NCBI GenBank assembly: GCA_964016885.1
Contig: OZ024742.1
Span: 378,572,001-378,636,000 of the forward strand
Length of the DNA stretch: 64,000 nucleotides
Reading direction: 5' to 3'
Source of the DNA: Eledone cirrhosa
Taxonomy: Eukaryota
In this document: positions 1 through 11,239 of the stretch, piece after piece
How the letters are laid out: each line of letters starts with the position of its first letter
Numbering within the stretch: position 1 is the first letter of the stretch
Notes under the pieces: generated by a model
Seen by the model: only the letters and a program-made list of their open reading frames with translations
Database searches by the model: none
What the model was told of the DNA's origin: nothing
Position numbers and translations under genes: made by a program

Positions 1-208
1 TTAATATTGTGGTCATTTGTAGTCTATTGTAGCACTGAGCAGTCTATTGTATTAATGTTGTGGTCATTTGTAGTCTATTGTAGCACTGAGCAGTCTATTG
101 TATTAATGTTGTCGTCATTTGTAGCTCTATTGTAGCACTGAGCAGTCTATTGTATTAATGTTGTGGTCATTTGAAGTCTATTGTAGCACTGAGCAGTCTA
201 TTGTATTA

Positions 209-517
209 ATGTTGTGGTCATTTGTAGTCTATTGTAGCACTGAGCAGTCTGTTGTATTAATGTTGTGGTCATTTGTAGCTCTATTGTAGCACTGAGCAGT
301 CTATTGTATTAATGTTGTGGTCATTTGTAGTCTATTGTAGCACTGAGCAGTCTGTTGTATTAATGTTGTGGTCATTTGTAGCTCTATTGTAGCACTGAGC
401 AGTCTATTGTATTAATGTTGTGGTCATTTGTAGTCTATTGTAGCACTGAGCAGTCTGTTGTATTAATGTTGTGGTCATTTGTAGCTCTATTGTAGCACTG
501 AGCAGTCTATTGTATTA
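209..517. repeat. Local 103-bp (51+52) dimeric higher-order unit, three copies
   Basis: The variant GTCTGTTGTA has its diagnostic G at 251, 354 and 457 (spacing 103), each followed by a 52-mer. The same triplet recurs at ~2060-2370, ~4475-4780 and ~11050-11360. Confidence 0.85.
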
Positions 518-1799
518 ATGTTGTGGTCATTTGTAGTCTATTGTAGCACTGAGCAGTCTATTGTATTAATGTTGTGGTCATTTGTAGCTCTATTGTAGCA
601 CTGAGCCGTGTATTGTATTAGTGTTGTGGTCATTTGTAGCTCTATTGTAGCACTGAGCAGTCTATTGTATTAATGCTGTGGTCAGTTATATTCTATTGTA
701 GCACTGAGCAGACTATTGTATTAATGTTGTGGACATTTGTAGTCTATTGTAGCACTGAGCAGTCTATTGTTTTAATGTTGTGGTGATTTGTAGCTCTATT
801 GTAGCAATGAGCACTGTATTGTATTAATGTTGTGGTCATTTGTAGTCTATTGTAGCACTGAGCAGTCTATTGTATTAATGTTGTGGTCATTTGTAGTCTA
901 TTGTAGCACTGAGCAGTCTATTGTATTAATGTTGTGGTCATTTGTAGCTCTATTGTAGCACTGAGCAGTCTATTATATTAATGTTGTGGTCATTTGTAGT
1001 CTATTGTAGCACTGAGCAGTCTATTGTATTAATGTTGTGGTCATTTGTAGCTCTATTGTAGCACTGAGCAGTGTATTGTATTGGTGTTGTGGTCATTTGT
1101 AGCTCTATTGTAGCACTGAGCAGTCTATTATATTAATGTTGTGGTCATTTGTAGTCTATTGTAGCACTGAGCAGTCTATTGTATTATTGTTGTGGTCATT
1201 TGTAGTCTATTGTAGCACTGAGCAGTCTATTTTATTAAAGTTGTGGTCATTTGTAGTCTATTGTAGCACTGAGCAGTCTATTGTATTAATGTTGTGGTCA
1301 TTTGTAGCTCTATTGTAGCACTGAGCAGTCTATTGTATTAATGTTGTGGTCAGTTGTATTCTATTGTAGCCCTGAGCAGACTATTGTATTAATGTTGTGG
1401 TCATTTGTAGTCTATTGTAGCACTGAGCAGTCTATTGTATTAGTGTTGTAGTCATTTGTAGTCTATTGTAGCACTGAGCAGTCTATTGTATTAATGCTGT
1501 GGTCAGTTATATTCTATTGTAGCACTGAGCAGACTATTGTATTAATGTTGTGGACATTTGTAGTCTATTGTAGCACTGAGCAGTCTATTTTATTAATGTT
1601 GTGGTCATTTGTAGCTCTATTGTAGCAATGAGCATTGTATTGTATTAATGTTGTGGTCATTTGTCGTCTATTGTAGCACTGAGCAGTCTATTGTATTAAT
1701 GTTGTGGTCATTTGTAGCTCTATTGTAGCACTGAGCAGTCTATTGTATTAATGTTGTGGTCATTTGTAGTCTATTGTACCACTGAGCTGTCTATTGTAT

Positions 1800-4700
1800 T
1801 AATGTTGTGGTCATTTGTAGTCTATTGTAGCACTGAGCAGTCTATTGTATTAATATTGTGGTCATTTGTAGTCTATTGTAGCACTGAGCAGTCTATTGTA
1901 TTAATGTTGTGGTCATTTGTAGTCTATTGTAGCACTGAGCAGTCTATTGTATTAATGTTGTGGTCATTTGTAGCTCTATTGTAGCACTGAGCAGTCTATT
2001 GTATTAATGTTGTGGTCATTTGAAGTCTATTGTAGCACTGAGCAGTCTATTGTATTAATGTTGTGGTCATTTGTAGTCTATTGTAGCACTGAGCAGTCTG
2101 TTGTATTAATGTTGTGGTCATTTGTAGCTCTATTGTAGCACTGAGCAGTCTATTGTATTAATGTTGTGGCCATTTGTAGTCTATTGTAGCACTGAGCAGT
2201 CTGTTGTATTAATGTTGTGGTCATTTGTAGCTCTATTGTAGCACTGAGCAGTCTATTGTATTAATGTTGTGGTCATTTGTAGTCTATTGTAGCACTGAGC
2301 AGTCTGTTGTATTAATGTTGTGGTCATTTGTAGCTCTATTGTAGCACAGAGCAGTCTATTGTATTAATGTTGTGGTCATTTGTAGTCTATTGTAGCACTG
2401 AGCAGTCTATTGTATTAATGTTGTGGTCATTTGTAGCTCTATTGTAGCACTGAGCCGTGTATTGTATTAGTGTTGTGGTCATTTGTAGCTCTATTGTAGC
2501 ACTGAGTAGTCTATTGTATTAATGCTGTCGTCAGTTATATTCTATTGTAGCACTGAGCAGACTATTGTATTAATGTTGTGGACATTTGTAGTCTATTGTA
2601 GCACTGAGCAGTCTATTTTATTAATGTTGTGGTGATTTATAGCTCTATTGTAGCAATGAGCACTGTATTGTATTAATGTTGTGGTCATTTGTAGTCTATT
2701 GTAGCACTGAGCAGTCTATTGTATTAATGTTGTGGTCATTTGTAGTCTATTGTAGCACTGAGCAGTCTATTGTATTAATGTTGTGGTCATTTGTAGCTCT
2801 ATTGTAGCACTGAGCAGTCTATTATATTAATGTTGTGGTCATTTGTAGTCTATTGTAGCACTGAGCAGTCTATTGTATTAATGTTGTGGTCATTTGTAGC
2901 TCTATTGTAGCACTGAGCAGTGTATTGTATTGGTGTTGTGGTCATTTGTAGCTCTATTGTAGCACTGAGCAGTCTATTATATTAATGTTGTGGTCATTTG
3001 TAGTCTATTGTAGCACTGAGCAGTCTATTGTATTATTGTTGTGGTCATTTGTAGTCTATTGTAGCACTGAGCAGTCTATTTTATTAAAGTTGTGGTCATT
3101 TGTAGTCTATTGTAGCACTGAGCAGTCTATTGTATTAATGTTGTGGTCATTTGTAGCTCTATTGTAGCACTGAGCAGTCTATTGTATTAATGTTGTGGTC
3201 AGTTGTATTCTATTGTAGCACTGAGCAGACTATTGTATTAATGTTGTGGACATTTGTAGTCTATTGTAGCACTGAGCAGTCTATTTTATTAATGTTGTGG
3301 TCATTTGTAGCTCTATTGTAGCAATGAGCATTGTATTGTATTAATGTTGTGGTCATTTGTCGTCTATTGTAGCACTGAGCAGTCTATTGTATTAATGTTG
3401 TGGTCATTTGTAGCTCTATTGTAGCACTGAGCAGTCTATTGTATTAATGTTGTGGTCATTTGTAGTCTATTGTACCACTGAGCTGTCTATTGTATTAATG
3501 TTGTGGTCATTTGTAGTCTATTGTAGCACTGAGCAGTCTATTGTATTAATATTGTGGTCATTTGTAGTCTATTGTAGCACTGAGCAGTCTATTGTATTAA
3601 TGTTGTGGTCATTTGTAGTCTATTGTAGCACTGAGCAGTCTATTGTATTAATGTTGTGGTCATTTGTAGCTCTATTGTAGCACTGAGCAGTCTATTGTAT
3701 TAATGTTGTGGTCATTTGAAGTCTATTGTAGCACTGAGCAGTCTATTGTATTAATGTTGTGGTCATTTGTAGTCTATTGTAGCACTGAGCAGTATGTTGT
3801 ATTAATGTTGTGGTCATTTGTAGCTCTATTGTAGCACTGAGCAGTCTATTGTATTAATGTTGTGGTCATTTGTAGTCTATTGTAGCACTGAGCAGTCTGT
3901 TGTATTAAAGTTGTGGTCATTTGTAGCTCTATTGTAGCACTGAGCAGTCTATTGTATTTATGTTGTGGTCATTTGTAGTCTATTGTAGCACTGAGCAGTC
4001 TATTGTATTAATGTTGTGGTCATTTGTAGCTCTATTGTAGCACTGAGCCGTGTATTGTATTAGTGTTGTGGTCATTTGTAGCTCTATTGTAGCACTGAGC
4101 AGTCTATTGTATTAATGTTGTGGTCAGTTGTATTTTATTGTAGCACTGAGCAGACTATTGTATTAATGTTGTGGTCATTTGTAGTATATTGTAGTTCTGA
4201 GCAGTCTATTGTATTGATGTTGTGGTCATTTGTAGTCTATTGTAGCACTGAGCAGTCTATTGTATTAATATTGTGGTCATTTGTAGTCTATTGTAGCACT
4301 GAGCAGTCTATTGTATTAATGTTGTGGTCATTTGTAGTCTATTGTAGCACTGAGCAGTCTATTGTATTAATGTTGTGGTCATTTGTAGCTCTATTGTAGC
4401 ACTGAGCAGTCTATTGTATTAATGTTGTGGTCATTTGAAGTCTATTGTAGCACTGAGCAGTCTATTGTATTAATGTTGTGGTCATTTGTAGTCTATTGTA
4501 GCACTGAGCAGTCTGTTGTATTAATGTTGTGGTCATTTGTAGCTCTATTGTAGCACTGAGCAGTCTATTGTATTAATGTTGTGGCCATTTGTAGTCTATT
4601 GTAGCACTGAGCAGTCTGTTGTATTAATGTTGTGGTCATTTGTAGCTCTATTGTAGCACTGAGCAGTCTATTGTATTAATGTTGTGTTCATTTGTAGTCT

Positions 4701-6680
4701 ATTGTAGCACTGAGCAGTCTGTTGTATTAATGTTGTGGTCATTTGTAGCTCTATTGTAGCACAGAGCAGTCTATTGTATTAATGTTGTGGTCATTTGTAG
4801 TCTATTGTAGCACTGAGCAGTCTATTGTATTAATGTTGTGGTCATTTGTAGCTCTATTGTAGCACTGAGCCGTGTATTGTATTAGTGTTGTGGTCATTTG
4901 TAGCTCTATTGTAGCACTGAGTAGTCTATTGTATTAATGCTGTCGTCAGTTATATTCTATTGTAGCACTGAGCAGACTATTGTATTAATGTTGTGGACAT
5001 TTGTAGTCTATTGTAGCACTGAGCAGTCTATTTTATTAATGTTGTGGTGATTTGTAGCTCTATTGTAACAATGAGCACTGTATTGTATTAATGTTGTGGT
5101 CATTTGTAGTCTATTGTAGCACTGAGCAGTCTATTGTATTAATGTTGTGGTCATTTGTAGTCTATTGTAGCACTGAGCAGTCTATTGTATTAATGTTGTG
5201 GTCATTTGTAGCTCTATTGTAGCACTGAGCAGTCTATTATATTAATGTTGTGGTCATTTGTAATCTATTGTAGCACTGAGCAGTCTATTGTATTAATGTT
5301 GTGGTCATTTGTAGCTCTATTGTAGCACTGAGCAGTGTATTGTATTGGTGTTGTGGTCATTTGTAGCTCTATTGTAGCACTGAGCAGTCTATTATATTAA
5401 TGTTGTGGTCATTTGTAGTCTATTGTAGCACTGAGCAGTCTATTGTATTATTGTTGTGGTCATTTGTAGTCTATTGTAGCACTGAGCAGTCTATTTTATT
5501 AAAGTTGTGGTCATTTGTAGTCTATTGTAGCACTGAGCAGTCTATTGTATTAATGTTGTGGTCATTTGTAGCTCTATTGTAGCACTGAGCAGTCTATTGT
5601 ATTAATGTTGTGGTCAGTTGTATTCTATTGTAGCACTGAGCAGACTATTGTATTAATGTTGTGGACATTTGTAGTCTATTGTAGCACTGAGCAGTCTATT
5701 TTATTAATGTTGTGGTCATTTGTAGCTCTATTGTAGCAATGAGCATTGTATTGTATTAATGTTGTGGTCATTTGTCGTCTATTGTAGCACTGAGCAGTCT
5801 ATTGTATTAATGTTGTGGTCATTTGTAGCTCTATTGTAGCACTGAGCAGTCTATTGTATTAATGTTGTGGTCATTTGTAGTCTATTGTACCACTGAGCTG
5901 TCTATTGTATTAATGTTGTGGTCATTTGTAGTCTATTGTAGCACTGAGCAGTCTATTGTATTAATATTGTGGTCATTTGTAGTCTATTGTAGCACTGAGC
6001 AGTCTATTGTATTAATGTTGTGGTCATTTGTAGTCTATTGTAGCACTGAGCAGTCTATTGTATTAATGTTGTGGTCATTTGTAGCTCTATTGTAGCACTG
6101 AGCAGTCTATTGTATTAATGTTGTGGTCATTTGAAGTCTATTGTAGCACTGAGCAGTCTATTGTATTAATGTTGTGGTCATTTGTAGTCTATTGTAGCAC
6201 TGAGCAGTATGTTGTATTAATGTTGTGGTCATTTGTAGCTCTATTGTAGCACTGAGCAGTCTATTGTATTAATGTTGTGGTCATTTGTAGTCTATTGTAG
6301 CACTGAGCAGTCTGTTGTATTAAAGTTGTGGTCATTTGTAGCTCTATTGTAGCACTGAGCAGTCTATTGTATTTATGTTGTGGTCATTTGTAGTCTATTG
6401 TAGCACTGAGCAGTCTATTGTATTAATGTTGTGGTCATTTGTAGCTCTATTGTAGCACTGAGCCGTGTATTGTATTAGTGTTGTGGTCATTTGTAGCTCT
6501 ATTGTAGCACTGAGCAGTCTATTGTATTAATGTTGTGGTCAGTTGTATTTTATTGTAGCACTGAGCAGACTATTGTATTAATGTTGTGGTCATTTGTAGT
6601 ATATTGTAGTTCTGAGCAGTCTATTGTATTGATGTTGTGGTCATTTGTAGTCTATTGTAGCACTGAGCAGTCTATTGTAT
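1800..6680. repeat. Tandem block duplication, period 2415 bp (47 monomers), plus a related more rearranged copy at ~1-1850
   Basis: ORF pairs 2985/5400, 3447/5862 and 4115/6530 are all offset by 2415. Private variants TGGCCA (2167/4582), CACAGAGC (~2345/4760) and GCTGTCGTCAG (~2524/4939) share the offset. The upstream copy is offset by 1849 or 1696 (1136/2985, 1751/3447), a 153-bp difference. Confidence 0.9.
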
Positions 6681-8069
6681 TAATGTTGTGGTCATTTGTA
6701 TTCTATTGTATCACTGAGCAGTCTATTGTATTAATGTTGTGGACATTTGTAGTCTATTGTAGCACTGAGCAGTCTATTGTATTAATGTTGTGGTCATTTG
6801 TAGCTCTATTGTAGCACTGAGCAGTCTATTGTATTAATTTTGTGGTCATTTGTAGCTCTATTGTAGCACTGAGCAGTCTATTGTATTAATGTTGTGGTCA
6901 TTTGTCGTCTATTGTAGCACTGAGCAGTATATTGTATTAGTGTTGTGGTCATTTGTAGCTCTATAGTAGCACTGAGCAGTCTATTGTATTAATGTTGTGG
7001 TCAGTTGTAGTCTATTGTAGCACTGAGCAGTCTATTGTATTAATGTTGTGGTCATTTTTAGCTCTATTGTAGCACTGAGCAGTCTATTGTATTAATGTTG
7101 TGGTCATTTGTAGTCTATTGTAGCACTGAGCAGTCTATTGTATTAGTGTTGTGGTCATTTGTAGCTCTATAGTAGCACTGAGCAGTCTATTGTATTAACG
7201 TTGTGGTCATTTGTAGCTCTATTGTAGCACTGAGCATTGTATTGTATTAATGTTGTGGTCATTTGTAGTCTATTGTAGCACTGAGCAGTCTATTGTATTA
7301 ATGTTGTGGTCATTTGTAGTCTATTGTAGCACTGAGCAGTCTATCGTATTAATGTTGTGGTCATTTGTAGTCTATGGTAGCACTGAGTAGTCTATTGTAT
7401 TAATGTTGTGGTCATTTGTAGCTCTATTGTAGCACTGAGCAGTCTATTGTATTAATGTTGTGGTCAGTTGTATTCTATTGTAGCACTGAGCAGACTATTG
7501 TATTAATGTTGTGGTCATTTGTAGTCTATTGTAGCACTGAGCAGTCTATTGTATTAGTGTTGTGGTCATTTGTAGTCTATTGTAGCACTGAGCAGTCTAT
7601 TGTATTAATGCTGTGGTCAGTTATATTCTATTGTAGCACTGAGCAGACTATTGTATTAATGTTGTGGTCATTTGTAGTCTATTGTAGCACTGAGCAGTCT
7701 ATTTTATTAATGTTGTGGTCATTTGTAGCTCTATTGTAGCACTGAGCATTGTATTGTATTAATGTTGTGGTCATTTGTAGTCTATTGTAACACTGAGCAG
7801 TCTATTGTATTAATGTTGTGGTCATTTGTAGCTCTATTGTAGCACTGAGCAGTCTATTTTATTAATGTTGTGGTCATCTGTAGTCTATTGTAGCACTGAG
7901 CAGTCTATTGTATTAATGTTGTGGTCATTTGTAGTCTATTGTAGCACTGTGCAGTCTAATGTATTAATGTCATGGTCATTTGAAGTCTATTGTAGCACTG
8001 AGCAGTCTATTGTATTAATGTTGTGGTCATTTGTAGCTCTATTGTAGCACTGAGCAGTCTATTGTATTA

Positions 8070-8124
8070 ATGTTGTGGTCATATGTAGCTCTATAGTAGC
8101 ATAGAGCAGTCTATTCTCTTAAGG
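8070..8124. repeat. Most diverged monomer type (CATATG..GCTCTAT-AGTAGC-ATAGAGC..TTCTCTTAAGG), a landmark present 16 times
   Basis: Copies near 8080, 9107, 13272, 15377, 16560, 18665, 20155, 21594, 22931, 25553, 27815, 31666, 33621, 40305, 42364 and 51354. Seven linked substitutions relative to the 52-bp consensus. Perfect 7-bp inverted repeat at 8088-8094/8101-8107. Confidence 0.9.
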
Positions 8125-11100
8125 TTGTGGTCATTTGTAGCTCTATTGTAGCACTGAGCAGTCTATTGTATTAATGTTATTGTCATTTGTAGTCCATTGT
8201 AGCACTGAGGAGTTTATTGTATTAATGTTGTGGTCATTTGTAGTCTATTGTAGCACTGAGCAGTCTATTGTATTAATGTTGTGGTCATTTGTAGCTCTAT
8301 TGTAGCACTGAGCAGTCTATTGTATTAATGTTGTGGTAATTTGTAGTCTATTGTAGCACTGAGCAGTGTATTGTATTAATATTGTGGTCATTTGTAGTCT
8401 TTTGTAGCACTGAGCAGTCTATTGTATTAATCTTGTGGTCATTTGTAGTCTACTGTAGCACTGAGCAGTCTATTGTATTACTGTTGTGGTCATTTGTCGT
8501 CTATTGTAGCACTGAGCAGTCTATTGTATTAATGTTGTGTTAATTTGTAGTCTATTGTAGCACTGAGCAGTGTATTGTATTAATATTGTGGTCATTTGTA
8601 GCTCTATTGTAGCACTGAGCAGTCTATTGTATTAATGTTGTGGTCATTTGTAGCTCTATTGTAGCACTGAGCAGTCTATTGTATTAATGTTGTGGTCATT
8701 TGTAGCTCTATTGTAGCACTGAGCAGTCTATTGTATTAATGTTGTGGTCAGTTGTATTCTATTGTAGCACTGAGCAGACTATTGTATTAATGTTGTGGTC
8801 ATTTGTAGTCTATTGTAGCACTGAGCAGTCTATTGTATTAGTGTTGTGCTCATTTGTAGTCTATTGTAGCACTGAGCATTGTATTGTATTAATGTTGTGG
8901 TCATTTGTAGTCTATTGTAACACTGAGCAGTCTATTGTATTAATGTTGTGGTCATTTGTAGCTCTATTGTAGCACTGAGCAGTCTATTTTATTAATGTTG
9001 TGGTCATCTGTAGTCTATTGTAGCACTGAGCAGTCTATTGTATTAATGTTGTGGTCATTTGTAGTCTATTGTAGCACTGAGCAGTCTATTGTATTAATGT
9101 TTTGGTCATATGTAGCTCTATAGTAGCATAGAGCAGTCTATTCTCTTAAGGTTGTGGTCATTTGTAGCTCTATTGTAGCACTGAGCAGTCTATTGTATTA
9201 ATGTTATTGTCATTTGTAGTCAATTGTAGCACTGAGCAGTCTATTGTATTAATGTTGTGGTCATTTGTAGCTCTATTGTAGCACTGAGCATTCTATTGTA
9301 TTAATGTTGTGGTAATTTGTAGTCTATTGTAGCACTGAGCAGTGTATTGTATTAATATTGTGGTCATTTGTAGTCTATTGTAGCACTGAGCAGTCTATTG
9401 TATTAATGTTGTGGTCATTTGTAGTCTACTGTAGCACTGAGCAGTCTATTGTATTAATGTTGTGGTCATTTGTCGTCTATTGTAGCACTGAGCAGTCTAT
9501 TGTATTAATGTTGTGGTAATTTGTAGTCTATTGTAGCACTGAGCAGTGTATTGTATTAATATTGTGGTCATTTGTAGCTCTATTGTAGCACTGAGCAGTC
9601 TATTGTATTAATGTTGTGGTCATTTGTAGTCTATTGTAGCACTGAGCAGTCTATTGTATTAATGTTGTGGTCATTTGTAGCTCTATTGTAGCACTGAGCA
9701 GTCTATTGTATTAATGTTGTGGTCATTTGTAGTCTATTGTAGCACTGAGCAGTGTAATGTATTAATGTTGTGGTCATTTGTAGCTCTATTGTAGCACTGA
9801 GCAGTGTATTGTATTAGTGTTGTGGTCATTTGTAGCTCTATTGTAGCACTGAGCAGTCTATTATATTAATGTTGTGGTCATTTGTAGTCTATTGTAGCAC
9901 TGAGCAGTCTATTGTATTATTGTTGTGGTCATTTGTAGTCTATTGTAGCACTGAGCAGTCGATTTTATTAATGTTGTGGTCATTTGTAGTCTATTGTAGC
10001 ACTGAGCAGTCTATTGTATTAATGTTGTGGTCATTTGTAGCTCTATTGTAGCACTGAGCAGTCTATTGTATTAGTGTTGTGGTCATTTGTAGTCTATTGT
10101 AGCACTGAGCAGTCTATTGTATTAATGCTGTGGTCAGTTATATTCTATTGTAGCACTGAGCAGACTATTGTATTAATGTTGTGGACATTTGTAGTCTATT
10201 GTAGCACTGAGCAGTCTATTTTATTAATGTTGTGGTCATTTGTAGCTCTATTGTAGCAATGAGCATTGTATTGTATTAATGTCGTGGTCATTTGTAGTCT
10301 ATTGTAGCACTGAGCAGTCTATTGTATTAATGTTGTGGTCATTTGTAGCTCTATTGTAGCACTGAGCAGTGTATTGTATTAGTGTTGTGGTCATTTGTAG
10401 CTCTATTGTAGCACTGAGCAGTCTATTGTATTATTGTCGTGGTCAGTTGTAGTCTATTGTAGCACTGAGCAGACTATTGTATTAATGTTGTGGACATTTG
10501 TAGTCTATTGTAGCACTGAGCAGTCTATTTTATTAATGTTGTGGTCATTTGTAGCTCTATTGTAGCAATGAGCATTGTATTGTATTAATGTTGTGGTCAT
10601 TTGTAGTCTATTGTAGCACTGAGCAGTCTATTGTATTAATGTTGTGGTCATTTGTAGCTCTATTCTAGCACTGAGCAGTCTATTGTATTAATGTTGTGGT
10701 CATTTGTAGTCTATTGTGCCACTGAGCTGTCTATTGTATTAATGTTGTGGTCATTTGTAGCTCTATAGTAGCACTGAGCAGTCTATTGTATTAATGTTGT
10801 GGTAATTTGTAGTCTATTGTAGCACTGAGCAGTGTATTGTATTAATATTGTGGTCATTTGTAGTCTATTGTAGCACTGAGCAGTCTATTGTATTAATGTT
10901 GTGGTCATTTGTAGTCTATTGTAGCACTGAGCAGTCTATTGTATTAAAGTTGTGGTCATTTGTAGCTCTATTGTAGCACTGAGCAGTCTATTGTATTAAT
11001 GTTGTGGTCATTTGAAGTCTATTGTAGCACTGAGCAGTCTATTGTATTAATGTTGTGGTCATTTGTAGTCTATTGTAGCACTGAGCAGTCTGTTGTATTA

Positions 11101-11239
11101 ATGTTGTGGTCATTTGTAGCTCTATTGTAGCACTGAGCAGTCTATTGTATTAATGTTGTGGTCATTTGTAGCCTATTGTAGCACTGAGCAGTCTGTTGTA
11201 TTAATGTTGTGGTCATTTGTAGCTCTATTGTAGTACTGA

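Noticed and set aside
277-291. DMRT/Doublesex-like site GCTCTATTGTAGC in the 52-mer
   Set aside because: It matches only one half of the ACA(A/T)TGT core, with two mismatches in the other half; too weak to call.
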